This document shows positions 27,425-37,851 of a DNA stretch of 64,000 bases, in pieces. The DNA is from Spirochaetota bacterium. Lineage in GTDB: Bacteria > Spirochaetota > UBA4802 > UBA5550. A program made the translations under genes and the position numbers. The notes below the pieces were generated by a model that was not told where the DNA came from, searched no databases, and saw only the letters and a list, made by a program, of their open reading frames with translations. Position 1 is the stretch's first letter. Each line of letters opens with the position of its first letter. The DNA is taken from assembly GCA_963664815.2 (NCBI GenBank), contig CAXXHB010000003.1, positions 2,208,001-2,272,000 on the forward strand. Reading direction: 5' to 3'.

Positions 27425-29278
27425 TTGTTGACAGAAGATAATTCCATCTGCAACGTTAACCGGATGAAAATGAATCCGGAAAAAATTAAAGATATTCTTA
27501 CACGGCTCCCGCATGAACCTGGCGTATACCTTATGCTTGGCAGTGATGGTTCAATTATTTATATCGGGAAGGCCAACTCTTTGAAGAAGAGAGTAACATC
27601 CTATTTCCGGAAAAAAGACCATGATCCCAAAACATCAATTCTTGTAAAAAACATTGAAGATATAGAATATATTGTAACCGCAAGCGAAATAGAAGCCCTG
27701 CTGCTTGAAAGCAACCTTATAAAAAAACATAAGCCCAAATTCAACGTAAGGCTTAAAGATGACAAGAGATACCCATATATAACCATAACGCTTAATGAGG
27801 ACTACCCCAGAGTAATCTACACAAGAAAGATAAACCGGAATACCGACAAGTATTTCGGGCCATACACCGATGCAAAGGCAGCCAGAAACAGCGCCGCAAT
27901 GATAAATAATTTATTCAAGCTCAAGACCTGCGGGAAGACTCTCCCGCTTAAAGGAAGCGAAAGGCCCTGTATAAACTACCAGATAAAAAAATGTTCCGGC
28001 GCTTGCAGGAATGTTATATCAAGGGAGGAATACAGGGAGCTTATTAGCGATGCTATAAGATTTCTCGAAGGGAATATCGACCCTGTAATAAACAGCCTCA
28101 ACAACAGGATGAAAGAGTATTCTGAAAAAATGAACTTTGAGAAAGCGGCATCAGTAAGAGATATTATTTTTGATATTCAGAAAATATCGCAGTCACAGAA
28201 TGTTGATATTCCCTCAGTGGCTGAACAGGATTGCATAGGAACCGGAATTTTCGGCGGAGAAGGTATTGTTGTACTCTTTGAATTCAGGCACGGCATACTC
28301 ACCGGGAGGAAAATCAACATATTTGATAACGCGGAATATACCACCCCCGAGGAGATTCTCCGTGTTTTTTTGCTGGACTATTACAGGGACAAGGAGATCC
28401 CGACAAAGATTGTGACCGAATATTCCATACCGGACAGTAAGCTTATAGCGGAACACCTGTCTTTGATCAGCAGAAAGAAAATTTCACTGGTACAGGCAGG
28501 GTCGGAGGATGATAAGGGAATTATCCGCATGATCCGCAAAAATATCGATATAATAGCCGCCGACCGAAGGGCAACGGAAGAAAACAATCCCGCTGCCGGA
28601 CTGATCGAACTTAAAGAGGTACTGCATCTTGACAGTGAACCTGCAGTTATGGAATGCTTTGACATTTCAAACCTCCAGGGAACTGATTCAGTTGCATCAA
28701 TGGTACAGTTCAGGCTCGGGAGAGCGGATAAAAACAACTACAGGAGGTATAAAATCAGGGGTTATGAATCAGCCAATGATCCCGGTATGATTCATGAAGC
28801 TGTTTCCCGCAGGCTTCAGCACCTGGTTAATGAAAACCTTGAACTCCCCGACCTTATTGTAATAGACGGCGGCCCGACACAGCTTACCAGGGCTATCGAG
28901 GCAGCCTCAAATTTTAACCTTGATCTGAAAATAGTATCAGTTGCCAAAAGGTTTGAAGAGATATACACCGCCCCTGACCGGCCCCCCGTAAGGCTCCCGG
29001 AAAACTCCCACGCGCTCAGGCTTATCCAGAGGATAAGGGATGAGGCACACAGGTTCGCGGTTACATACCACAGGAATCTGCGTGATAAAAAAACCACCGC
29101 ATCAATTCTTGACAGCATACCGGATATTGGGGAGAAAACACGTAAACTCCTTATTAAACATTTCGGTTCACCTGAAAAAGTAAAAGAAGCCTCCGTTGAG
29201 GAACTTTCATCAGTTGAGGGGATAGGGGAAAAGACAGCATTAAAGATTCACACATTCTTCAGCAACAGTTCTGCATAA
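27425..29278 (+). CDS. uvrC: Excinuclease ABC subunit C
   Basis: GIY-YIG (PGVYLM...IYIGKA), UVR (NFEKAA), ECFDISN, LIVIDGG, RDEAHRFA, C-terminal HhH; true start may be a few codons later. Confidence 0.97.
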   Translation: MLTEDNSICNVNRMKMNPEKIKDILTRLPHEPGVYLMLGSDGSIIYIGKANSLKKRVTSYFRKKDHDPKTSILVKNIEDIEYIVTASEIEALLLESNLIKKHKPKFNVRLKDDKRYPYITITLNEDYPRVIYTRKINRNTDKYFGPYTDAKAARNSAAMINNLFKLKTCGKTLPLKGSERPCINYQIKKCSGACRNVISREEYRELISDAIRFLEGNIDPVINSLNNRMKEYSEKMNFEKAASVRDIIFDIQKISQSQNVDIPSVAEQDCIGTGIFGGEGIVVLFEFRHGILTGRKINIFDNAEYTTPEEILRVFLLDYYRDKEIPTKIVTEYSIPDSKLIAEHLSLISRKKISLVQAGSEDDKGIIRMIRKNIDIIAADRRATEENNPAAGLIELKEVLHLDSEPAVMECFDISNLQGTDSVASMVQFRLGRADKNNYRRYKIRGYESANDPGMIHEAVSRRLQHLVNENLELPDLIVIDGGPTQLTRAIEAASNFNLDLKIVSVAKRFEEIYTAPDRPPVRLPENSHALRLIQRIRDEAHRFAVTYHRNLRDKKTTASILDSIPDIGEKTRKLLIKHFGSPEKVKEASVEELSSVEGIGEKTALKIHTFFSNSSA

Positions 29279-29475
29279 TGACTTTTTGGCAATACAATGC
29301 AGATAAAAATTCTCATTATATATATTTTCACAGTTACAGCATTTTTTATACCTCCTGCAATATCGTAAACATAATAATATTGCATATTCAATTGTAAAAA
29401 AGTTTATGAATTATTATTGAAAAACAATTGACTTTATTGCTTATAAAAAAGAGATGTATATTATGTTTCAGACAT

Positions 29476-29549
29476 CGGGGCGTAGCGCAGTCCGGTAGCG
29501 TACTTGAATGGGGTTCAAGTGGTCGCTGGTTCAAATCCAGTCGCCCCGA
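29476..29549 (+). tRNA. tRNA-Pro (GGG)
   Basis: Cloverleaf with acceptor stem CGGGGCG/CGCCCCG, anticodon arm cttga-atGGGgt-tcaag and T-arm GGTTCAAATCC; CCA not encoded. Confidence 0.95.
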
Positions 29550-29579
29550 AATTAAAGCCTGATTATATCAGGCTTTTCT
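29540..29579 (+). repeat. attL-like direct repeat (tRNA 3' end + terminator hairpin)
   Basis: 40 bp gtcgccccgaaattaaagcctgattatatcaggcttttct, identical to 37812-37851; contains the hairpin aaagcctga/tcaggcttt. Confidence 0.9.
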
Positions 29580-29639
29580 CGTCTTTACACATAACAGACT
29601 ATTTTCGGGTTTTGCCGTTGCACGTATGTTGCACACTTT

Positions 29640-30014
29640 TCAAATTACCTTTTTAAGCCGTACAACATTATCCATAAGACCTGCCTTTTTCTGAAGATCT
29701 GACCGTGCAAACATAGCATATCTTTCCTGAGTAGTTTGAATAGACTCATGCCCTAATAGAGTCTGAATATCTTCTAAACTTACTCCTTGATCGAGTAAAG
29801 TCTGAGCATATATATGCCTGAGATCGTGGAAATGTAAATCTGTCCCATCGCCAATTTTACCGAAAGACACTTGACTTAATAATTTATGCCATGACTTTCT
29901 GAGAATATCTGATGTATAATTACCTACTACAAAATCAGTTTTATTATGCATTTGTGAATAATATGCTATCAGGCACTTTTTATCAGTTAAGTTCATGAAT
30001 GTTCTTCCACACAC
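29640..30014 (-). pseudogene. Truncated tyrosine recombinase/integrase (C-terminal catalytic fragment)
   Basis: FHDLRH...IQTLLGH....TTQERYA present; the N-terminal two-thirds, including the first catalytic Arg, is missing. Confidence 0.85.
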
Positions 30015-30154
30015 TTATAAATATTTTTAAAATACTTTTTAAAGCCATTAGTAACATATTGTTTTATGGTTTTTATGCTATACTATATAGTTTAAAAGTT
30101 TGACTATTCAACTCATTGGTACTTTATGCGTAAAATCCGGACGGTTTAAGCCTT

Positions 30155-31228
30155 TTATGTTTTTCTATTGAATCCATTCTTCTTAGACATATGTTCCTTC
30201 CAGAAACTGACTGCAAGACTTAACCATCCTTCTGCATCTGTACCGGTACCAAGTCCGAAACCATGACCGGCATTCTTAAATCTGAGGTATTCAACTTCTA
30301 TTCCGGCATCCCTTAAGTTTTGGACCCGTCTATCAACAATTGATATATTCGCAATTCCGTCATCTGCACTGACTGTAATAAATGCAGGCGGAAAGTTTTC
30401 TGAGTAAGTCGATTGACCGGTATAAGCAATGACAACGGTGGAAGGTTTGGGGAGATTGCTCCCGCCGTAACCTGCTAAACCGCTTAAAGCAATGTTACCA
30501 ACCATTCTTGCTCCAGCCGATCCTCCCCATAAGGAATAATTTTTTGTAGTGACTCCAAGTTTATCTGCATTCCTGAAAATATAAGTTATTGCAGCTGCAA
30601 GGTCTTCAGTAGCCTTTCGTTCACTGCCAATGCGATACCGGATCACAAAAGCGTTTAACCCTTCTTTGTTTATTTCCTGTGCCAGAGGAAACCCCTCGTG
30701 AAGAGAACCAACATAAGAAAATCCGCCTCCAGGGCTGACTACGGCAAACGGGGCTCCCGGTTTTCCACGGGAAAAAAACAGCCCGGTATTCCTTTTCCCC
30801 CGATCCTGATACTTCTGCTGTTCAGTATAAAAATCATAAAATATGGTTTTACCTTCATTTACCTCATCAACCATATAATTGATCGCACCCGTTACAATAT
30901 CAGGCCGCACATGACCATGATAAGGCATTAGAGAGCCGACATTAAGTATTCGTGTATTATAATATCCCGAGTTATCATCCCACGGTAATAGCAGTTCACC
31001 AAAACCTTTAAAAGCCGGGTGATTCACAATATCATGGATATAATAATCGGCTGTTAAATACGTGTTCATATTTTCGTTATCTTTTTCAATGTTTTTATCT
31101 GTAGAACTAAAAGCATCTGTTATAGTACAATTCAAAAGAAAAAGCATCATTACACTGCGAACAAAAACAGGTAAAAGTATTTTTAACCTGATTACTGCTG
31201 AGCTGTACTTTTTATTAACGGATTCCAT
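30155..31228 (-). CDS. Alpha/beta hydrolase (esterase/lipase-like)
   Basis: PGGGF oxyanion motif, GGSAG nucleophile elbow, GHGFG. Confidence 0.85.
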   Translation of the reverse strand: MESVNKKYSSAVIRLKILLPVFVRSVMMLFLLNCTITDAFSSTDKNIEKDNENMNTYLTADYYIHDIVNHPAFKGFGELLLPWDDNSGYYNTRILNVGSLMPYHGHVRPDIVTGAINYMVDEVNEGKTIFYDFYTEQQKYQDRGKRNTGLFFSRGKPGAPFAVVSPGGGFSYVGSLHEGFPLAQEINKEGLNAFVIRYRIGSERKATEDLAAAITYIFRNADKLGVTTKNYSLWGGSAGARMVGNIALSGLAGYGGSNLPKPSTVVIAYTGQSTYSENFPPAFITVSADDGIANISIVDRRVQNLRDAGIEVEYLRFKNAGHGFGLGTGTDAEGWLSLAVSFWKEHMSKKNGFNRKT

Positions 31229-31247
31229 ATTTTTAATTTAACATTAG

Positions 31248-32396
31248 TTATTTGTTGTATTGCTCATCACTGACATGCTCCATCCACTTAACAGTAGAAC
31301 CATTTCCGGGCTCGGAAATTGCCACATGAGACATGTCACTGTCAGGAGCAGCACCGTGCCAGTGACGTTTATTAGCCGGAATCCATACTACATCTCCCGG
31401 CATAATCTTCTGCACAGGCTCACCTTCGGATTGCACCAGGCCGTGGCCTGTAATAACGATCAAGGTCTGTCCATAAGGATGAGTATGCCACGCTGTACGT
31501 GAACCTGATTTAAAATTTACAACTCCTCCGCTATAGCTGTTTGGTATTTCTGATGCGAATATGGATTCAACTGTGACATTACCTGTGAAATAATCTGATG
31601 AAGCCTTTACCGGCTCAGCCTTTTTAATTACTTTTACAGCTTGCATGCCGGCCGCTGTGTAGGTAGAGCCCTGCAATTCACCAAGAACAATAGCAGCCCT
31701 TTCAGCAGTGTCAGCACCGACATTGTTTTTTAATATTATAATATACTCCTTAAGTTGTGATTCGCTATATCCTGTATTTATCGCGATTTTTAGATGCGAT
31801 TTCAGTTGTGCTTCAGTTCCAGTCATAGCTGCTAAAGTGCTGATTGTCACAAGTTCACGTTCCTGATGTGTTAATACATCACGGAAAAAAATATCAGCAA
31901 AAAGGTGCTCAACCAGAAACCTGTCAATAGCCGGTACAAATACCTGATAGCCCCCTTTAGGTTTTGACATATCTGTTCCGACAAGATTGTTTCTAACTTT
32001 ATTGCCGTAGGTAAATTTATCAAATCCTGCAGGAACATGACTTGCTTCCTTTCCGGACTTGTCCTTTATACCTTTCGCTTTCCGTTCATCCAGTACGGTC
32101 ATAAAGGCGTTGATTCCATTCAATGAACGGGGAAAACCGGCATAAGCATAGATATGAACAAGTATTTCTTTAATCTCATTGATGGTCAATCCATCATTCA
32201 ATCCTTGATTCAGGGCAATTTTCAGCTTGCTGATTTCACCGTTCGCTGTGAATGCGGCAATTGGTACTATTTTTTGTTCTTTTATGCTAAGTTTATCACT
32301 GCCGGTGTTCTGAGCATTGGAGACTGCAGCAATGCTGAACAAAGCAAGAAACAGTGCTGTAATAATTTTAGATATTTTTCTTTTCATTGGGATCAC
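31248..32396 (-). CDS. Carboxymuconolactone decarboxylase-like domains fused to cupin
   Basis: Signal peptide; CMD motifs EIKEILVH.YAYAGFPRSLN and ERELVTI; cupin motifs TAWHTHPYGQ and HWHGA. Confidence 0.85.
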   Translation of the reverse strand: MIPMKRKISKIITALFLALFSIAAVSNAQNTGSDKLSIKEQKIVPIAAFTANGEISKLKIALNQGLNDGLTINEIKEILVHIYAYAGFPRSLNGINAFMTVLDERKAKGIKDKSGKEASHVPAGFDKFTYGNKVRNNLVGTDMSKPKGGYQVFVPAIDRFLVEHLFADIFFRDVLTHQERELVTISTLAAMTGTEAQLKSHLKIAINTGYSESQLKEYIIILKNNVGADTAERAAIVLGELQGSTYTAAGMQAVKVIKKAEPVKASSDYFTGNVTVESIFASEIPNSYSGGVVNFKSGSRTAWHTHPYGQTLIVITGHGLVQSEGEPVQKIMPGDVVWIPANKRHWHGAAPDSDMSHVAISEPGNGSTVKWMEHVSDEQYNK

Positions 32397-32449
32397 AACC
32401 TCTTATATATTTCGCAGCACTATCTTTCCGGAATGTGCTGCATTATTAT

Positions 32450-33562
32450 TCAGTTCAATCCTTTCTTTTCTAAAAACTTGTACATCTGGTCTGCTATTTC
32501 ATCATTATTCAGATCAGACATCGGGAAATGTGTATTCCCTTTAATACCAATCTCCGGTAAATGAACAACTGTGACATCACCGCCGTGACTGTTTACTACG
32601 TCCCTCCATTTCAAGGCTACCTCAAGAAATACACGCCATTGTTCCTGTCCCGGATTCTGTGAAGACTTTTTGGGAATATTATCTCCGTAATAGATGATAA
32701 TAGGAATCCTGGTGAGCTTCATAAATTCAGCCATTGGCACAACAGCAGGGTTGATGGTACGGCCTGAGAGTTTTATTGATTCAGGTGCTTCACCTTCGGG
32801 AAAAAGAAAATCTCCACCCGGTTCAAAGGAAACTATTCCCTGTATGTTGCTATTTCTGATTGCGCTGCGCCATCCGGGTCCGCCGCTTTGCGAGTGGGTT
32901 ATGAGAATACCCTTTCCGACTTTATTGAACAGTTCTGATACTGCCGTTATATTTAACTCAGCATTATAGGGTCCCGTATTTGGAACCATCTGACGAAAAA
33001 ACTGATCAAGAGCTGTTGGATCTTTAGAAAACTGAACTCCGGAATAAAAATCGGGCCAGGCACCAAGACGGAAAATGCCGAACCATAATTGTTCGTCCGG
33101 GGTAGAAGTTAACGTAACCGGTTCAATGCTGCGTGACGCACGTCCCCTCCGGGGCTGATCGATCAGATAAACACCGTATTGTTTACGCAGAAAAATATTC
33201 TGAAATCCTTCACGGCCATCCGGCGTGGTTTCCCACGTTTTTGCTGACTGCCCATGCCCATGCCAGAATACGAGCGGAAATTTACGCGCTTTATCCGGGA
33301 TCTGATAGGATACATATGCATGGTCTCCGTGAAATGTCTGACCGTCAGCGCTGACGCCGTTGGGGTTGTAAGAACCTTGTTTTATCGGATCAAAAACCCC
33401 CGGTGCTTTTATTACTGTTCCACCAACAGCGAAACTTCCCTGCTTCTGAATGATTATTGGTGCGGTTTTGCCGCTGTTATCGGCTAATGCAATCGATGTA
33501 AGATTCGCTCCGATGAGAATAAGCGTTAATGTAACAATTAAATTTTTTAATTTTTTAATCAT
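32450..33562 (-). CDS. Secreted alpha/beta hydrolase
   Basis: Motifs WETTPDGREG, DQPRRG, THSQSG, GNTHF. Confidence 0.85.
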   Translation of the reverse strand: MIKKLKNLIVTLTLILIGANLTSIALADNSGKTAPIIIQKQGSFAVGGTVIKAPGVFDPIKQGSYNPNGVSADGQTFHGDHAYVSYQIPDKARKFPLVFWHGHGQSAKTWETTPDGREGFQNIFLRKQYGVYLIDQPRRGRASRSIEPVTLTSTPDEQLWFGIFRLGAWPDFYSGVQFSKDPTALDQFFRQMVPNTGPYNAELNITAVSELFNKVGKGILITHSQSGGPGWRSAIRNSNIQGIVSFEPGGDFLFPEGEAPESIKLSGRTINPAVVPMAEFMKLTRIPIIIYYGDNIPKKSSQNPGQEQWRVFLEVALKWRDVVNSHGGDVTVVHLPEIGIKGNTHFPMSDLNNDEIADQMYKFLEKKGLN

Positions 33563-33573
33563 AATCCGCCTCC

Positions 33574-34665
33574 TTATTTAAGCGTATTGCTGTAGAATTG
33601 GATCAACTTATCCATGGCTTGATTCACATATTGCGGTTTCCAGTAGGTTTGTATGTGTGTTGCACCATCAATTAAAAATAATTCTTTGCTTTTCGCATTG
33701 ACTCCCTTTTTAAAAGCATCCTGTGTCATATACAGTGAGTCTGCTTTACTGCCGGCAATCATCAGAAGTGGCTGATTTATCAAATCCATATTGCTGGCAG
33801 CATCAAAATTCATTAATGAGAGCAGGCTGCTCATGGTGTATCTGAATGTTGAATTAGGGTGAGCGTGAGTTTTGCCGTAGTATTCAAACCCTTCACGATA
33901 CAAATCAAACGGAAGCTTGGCAATTTGATCATCAGTCAGTTTGGTATCTGCTGCATAGATAATCCCGCCCCCTGCCGCTTCTTTTGCACGGGCATCAGAG
34001 GCTTGCTGTAAACGTTCCTGTATGGTAGATACTTGCGAGTCAATGAAGCCGTTTCGTCTCACAAGGCCTGTATTAAACATGCTCAATGTGGCAACTGCTT
34101 TAAAACGTTTGTCGGTTTGGGCTGCTTTTAAAGAATAACCTCCACCGCCACATATACCAAGTAATCCTATACGTTGACTATCGACTCCAGCGTATGTGCT
34201 GATGTAGTCTGCCATGCCGTGTATGTCTTCTATACGATTTGCAGGCTTGTCCACATTTCGCGGTATACCGCCGCTTGCGCCTTGATACGCTGCATCAGCG
34301 GCAATGGTAATATAACCCTGTTCAGCAAGACGTTGAGCATATAGTCCGGCCACTTGTTCTTTCACTCCACCGTTAGGGTGTGCCACCACTACTGCCGGAT
34401 ATTTTTTCCACCGGCTATAGTCTGCAGGTGTATAAATGTTAGCTGAAATATCAATACCATTCAGTTTGTACCTGACGGTGTGAATATTTACTTTACCTTT
34501 TACATTCTTTTCAATCGCATCTGCATATACCAGAGTAAATGGGTTTTGTTTAAAGTCTGATGCCATTAATTCACAGGATATAATACCGATGATTGCAGCC
34601 AACAACATTGACGGGTACCATCGTTTTTGAGTTATTGATTTATTCATAATGGTAAACATCATCAT
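33574..34665 (-). CDS. Alpha/beta hydrolase (YcjY/dienelactone hydrolase-like, Cys nucleophile)
   Basis: Motifs HPNGGVKEQ, GICGGGGY, GATHIQTY. Confidence 0.85.
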   Translation of the reverse strand: MMMFTIMNKSITQKRWYPSMLLAAIIGIISCELMASDFKQNPFTLVYADAIEKNVKGKVNIHTVRYKLNGIDISANIYTPADYSRWKKYPAVVVAHPNGGVKEQVAGLYAQRLAEQGYITIAADAAYQGASGGIPRNVDKPANRIEDIHGMADYISTYAGVDSQRIGLLGICGGGGYSLKAAQTDKRFKAVATLSMFNTGLVRRNGFIDSQVSTIQERLQQASDARAKEAAGGGIIYAADTKLTDDQIAKLPFDLYREGFEYYGKTHAHPNSTFRYTMSSLLSLMNFDAASNMDLINQPLLMIAGSKADSLYMTQDAFKKGVNAKSKELFLIDGATHIQTYWKPQYVNQAMDKLIQFYSNTLK

Positions 34666-34725
34666 CTCCTTTTAATTTGATTTTTGTTAATCTTAAAATA
34701 ATTATAACAAAGTCTTAAATAATAA

Positions 34726-34762
34726 GGTAGACCGATACTGCTGTATTATTGCCTATTCCTCT
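34726..34762. promoter_or_regulatory. Putative AraC-family operator, copy 1
   Basis: GGTAG-N18-TTGCCTATTCCTCT; matches the copy at 36321-36357 with identical spacing. Confidence 0.6.
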
Positions 34763-34903
34763 ATAATTTAGAAAAAAAATTAAAATTATCAAACTGACGG
34801 ATATCATATCAATGTCATTGTAGTCCAATCATCAATGCCCGTAATTTATTTGTATCTTATTATTACCCAGTCTGTTTAGATATTTTTCAGATATATATAA
34901 GTC

Positions 34904-35539
34904 TTATCCTAAAAAATTGGTAAATACCGGAGTTTCCTTTTCCGGTAGTGAGATACCATGCTCAAGAGCGTATTTTTTACACTTCAAAAAGAATGCCATA
35001 TTCCGGCCCAGAACACGCATTGTATACATACCTTCTTTATCCTGTCTCACTTCTTCCGGGCTGTTACCATATACCTGATTCCAGTATCTTGAAGAAATAA
35101 TAGGCATCTCATGCAGGCCGAAGTATTTATTCATCTGATCATATGTAGCAGTTGATCCTGCTCTCCTGGCGGATATCACAGAGGCTGCTGGTTTCAGATA
35201 AAACATTTCGTTTGCATTTCCGCAAAATTCAGAATAAAATAGTCTATCCATAAAGGAAGTCATACCTCCGCCGGCGGCAGCATAATGGACTGGAGTTCCG
35301 AATATAAATCCATCACTGCCTTTTGTGATTTCACGAAATTCATTTACACTGTCCTGAAAAATACATTTTCCCAGTTCAATACATTTCATGCAGGCAATAC
35401 ATCCGCTGAGCGGCTTGCTCCCGATCCAGAATATTTCCGTGTTAATATTTTCACTGTTTAATACTCCCGCCACCTCAGATAATGCAGTGTATGTGCATCC
35501 TTCCTTGTGAGGGCTTCCGTTTACTAACATTACTTTCAT
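34904..35539 (-). CDS. Flavodoxin-like iron-sulfur flavoprotein
   Basis: Motifs NGSPH..GCT, CIACMKC....KC, GTPVHY, SARRAG. Confidence 0.88.
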   Translation of the reverse strand: MKVMLVNGSPHKEGCTYTALSEVAGVLNSENINTEIFWIGSKPLSGCIACMKCIELGKCIFQDSVNEFREITKGSDGFIFGTPVHYAAAGGGMTSFMDRLFYSEFCGNANEMFYLKPAASVISARRAGSTATYDQMNKYFGLHEMPIISSRYWNQVYGNSPEEVRQDKEGMYTMRVLGRNMAFFLKCKKYALEHGISLPEKETPVFTNFLG

Positions 35540-35559
35540 ATTACAACTCCTTCTGTTTT

Positions 35560-36225
35560 TTAATATCCCAGTTTTTTAAGCCATGCGATAATGTCATACC
35601 TGGCTTGTTGAACGCTGTTTCTTGATACGCTATATCCGTTTCTTATTACTTTTGCTGCAGGTTCAAGTTTTTCAATTGTGTTTATTGTATCCGAAAAACC
35701 ACTCCCCCCATGTGTGTTAAATGGTATAATTTTTTTATCTTTAAGATCATAACCATCAAAAAATGAGTAGAGTATCATCGGCATATCTCCCCACCAGTTC
35801 GGGTATCCGATAAATATTGTATCATATTTTTCCAGATTTTTAATTCGCATTTTTATTTTAGGACGGGTGTTATTTTTCTTTTCTTCACGAGCCTGTTCTA
35901 CAAGTGTTTTATGAAATAAAGGATAGGGAATTTCAGGTTCTATTCGATAGATATCACCGCCGGTATATTCTTGTATCACAGATGCAACATACTGTGTATT
36001 ACCCATTACTTTTCCATTAACAACGACTACACTGTTATCTTCTTCTCTGGACATATTATCTGGATTTGTTGTTTCCGGCATGGAGAAATAGACGATCAGT
36101 ATTTTGTTTTTATTCTTTGTAATTTCTTTCTGTTTATCGTGCGATGAGGCATATGTGTTACTGTAATCAGTTATCCCGGGCAGTACAAATGCAAGTAGTA
36201 GTGCTATCATATATTTTATCTTCAT
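35560..36225 (-). CDS. Flavodoxin (signal-peptide-bearing)
   Basis: Motifs ILIVYFS, GNT, YDTIFIGYPNWW, PFNTHGGSG. Confidence 0.88.
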   Translation of the reverse strand: MKIKYMIALLLAFVLPGITDYSNTYASSHDKQKEITKNKNKILIVYFSMPETTNPDNMSREEDNSVVVVNGKVMGNTQYVASVIQEYTGGDIYRIEPEIPYPLFHKTLVEQAREEKKNNTRPKIKMRIKNLEKYDTIFIGYPNWWGDMPMILYSFFDGYDLKDKKIIPFNTHGGSGFSDTINTIEKLEPAAKVIRNGYSVSRNSVQQARYDIIAWLKKLGY

Positions 36226-36320
36226 ATTTATTCCTTATCCTCCTTTTGTCCGGTTCTTTTACCAGCTTTTAGTTTTTCTATAATCCATTATGTGTGTTAT
36301 AATGCAATATTTTGAGTGAC

Positions 36321-36357
36321 GGTAGATTAATTCTGTCTGATTGTTGCCTATTTCTCT
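36321..36357. promoter_or_regulatory. Putative AraC-family operator, copy 2
   Basis: GGTAG-N18-TTGCCTATTTCTCT in the divergent flavodoxin/AraC spacer. Confidence 0.6.
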
Positions 36358-36425
36358 CTTTTGATATAAAAAAATTGACATTAAGTTGAAACATTCATTT
36401 CCTTATAATATCATAGATTACGATA

Positions 36426-37376
36426 GTGAAGGTATATATGATTAATGACACAACTACTCTAAAAGATGCAGTCTATGAACTGGCAAAAAGTATTGAACGA
36501 TTAACCGAACATGGTGAGTTGAGGACTACTTCTATTCAGGGTCTTTCTCTATTCCGTAAAACTGAAACATCAGAGCCGCTGACCGGGATGTATGAACCGG
36601 GTGTCTGCCTGATAGCACAGGGAGCTAAACGTGTACTTTTAGGGAGAGATACATTCATATATGATACGAATTATTATCTGTTTTCAGGACTCCCTCTGCC
36701 TGTAACAGCACAAATAATTGAGGCAAGCCAGAAGGCTCCATATCTGGGACTTCGGTTAACCTTTGATTATAGTGATATCACAAAGCTTATGATTGAAAGC
36801 CAGCTACCGCCACCAAAACCAGAAAAAACAGAGCGTGGAATGGCTACAGGTATGCTGACTCTTCCTCTTGTTAATGCTTTCCAGCGTCTGATTGATCTTT
36901 TAGACAATGAGCAGGATATCCCTTTTCTCTCTCCTGTTGTTCAGCGTGAAATATTTTATAGACTGCTCGTGGGGGAACAGGGGAGGAGACTTCGCCAGCT
37001 TGTAGTTGCGGGCTCAGCAAGTCAGCAGGTCGCGGAGGTTGTTGCATGGATTAAATCCAATTTTTCAAAATCGATACGGATTGAAGATCTTGCAGATATG
37101 GCCGAAATGGGTGTATCAACCTTTCATCATCATTTTCGGGAAATGACAGCTTTAAGTCCGTTACAGTTTCAAAAAAGATTAAGACTGCAGGAAGCGCGAA
37201 GGCTGCTGCTGACGGAAAATATCGATGCAGCCACTGCTGCATTTCATGTAGGGTATGAGAGTCCTTCACAATTTAGCCGTGAATATGGTCGTCTCTATGG
37301 TGTTTCACCGATAAGAGATATCGCTGCCCTGCGAAGCGAATCCACAGATATTTTAGCAGAGCAAGTTTACCCTTAA
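36426..37376 (+). CDS. AraC family transcriptional regulator (YqhC-like)
   Basis: Motifs YEPGVCLIAQGAK, REIFYRLL, SPLQFQKRLRLQEAR, VGYESPSQFSREYGRLYG. Confidence 0.93.
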   Translation: MKVYMINDTTTLKDAVYELAKSIERLTEHGELRTTSIQGLSLFRKTETSEPLTGMYEPGVCLIAQGAKRVLLGRDTFIYDTNYYLFSGLPLPVTAQIIEASQKAPYLGLRLTFDYSDITKLMIESQLPPPKPEKTERGMATGMLTLPLVNAFQRLIDLLDNEQDIPFLSPVVQREIFYRLLVGEQGRRLRQLVVAGSASQQVAEVVAWIKSNFSKSIRIEDLADMAEMGVSTFHHHFREMTALSPLQFQKRLRLQEARRLLLTENIDAATAAFHVGYESPSQFSREYGRLYGVSPIRDIAALRSESTDILAEQVYP

Positions 37377-37811
37377 CATCAGTACCTGAATTATTTGAAT
37401 TGTAAACACCCTGTTTTACTGAGTTGATCAGGGTTAAAACAATTCTCTCAAATTTATCAACAATTCCCGATATTATTAAATCCCCGTTTTTTATACAGCC
37501 CGTTACCAGAGGTTCAGCTTTACTCAATTTCTACCTGTCTTGTAATCGCCTTATTAATGAGACCTATTACTTTCTTTCAAACTTCGATATAATTCGTGCT
37601 CCATTCCGCCTTTGTCACGTCCCTTGCGAAAAAGCAAGAGCCGTGCCAATCGGCGAAGCTGACCGGTTCCACACTTATTCCTTTACTTCTTTTCTTTAAG
37701 TTCATAAAACCCAACATCCACCGCGTCCCCCGCCACCCTAAGTAAAGGTAAATTTTTACCTCCAGGGCGGTGCTTGTTTAAGTTTAAAACTCAAATGTCC
37801 AGAAAAATCCG

Positions 37812-37851
37812 GTCGCCCCGAAATTAAAGCCTGATTATATCAGGCTTTTCT
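37812..37851 (+). repeat. attR-like direct repeat of tRNA-Pro 3' end
   Basis: Identical to 29540-29579; imperfect similarity extends a few bp upstream and about 40 bp downstream. Confidence 0.9.

Larger units (their letters stand above)
29540..37851. mobile_element. Degraded integrative element/genomic island at tRNA-Pro (~8.3 kb)
   Basis: Flanked by a perfect 40-bp direct repeat overlapping the tRNA 3' end; tyrosine integrase remnant adjacent to the tRNA. Confidence 0.8.

Noticed and set aside
29640-37800. Intact prophage or ICE
   Set aside because: No structural, replication or conjugation genes, and the integrase is truncated.
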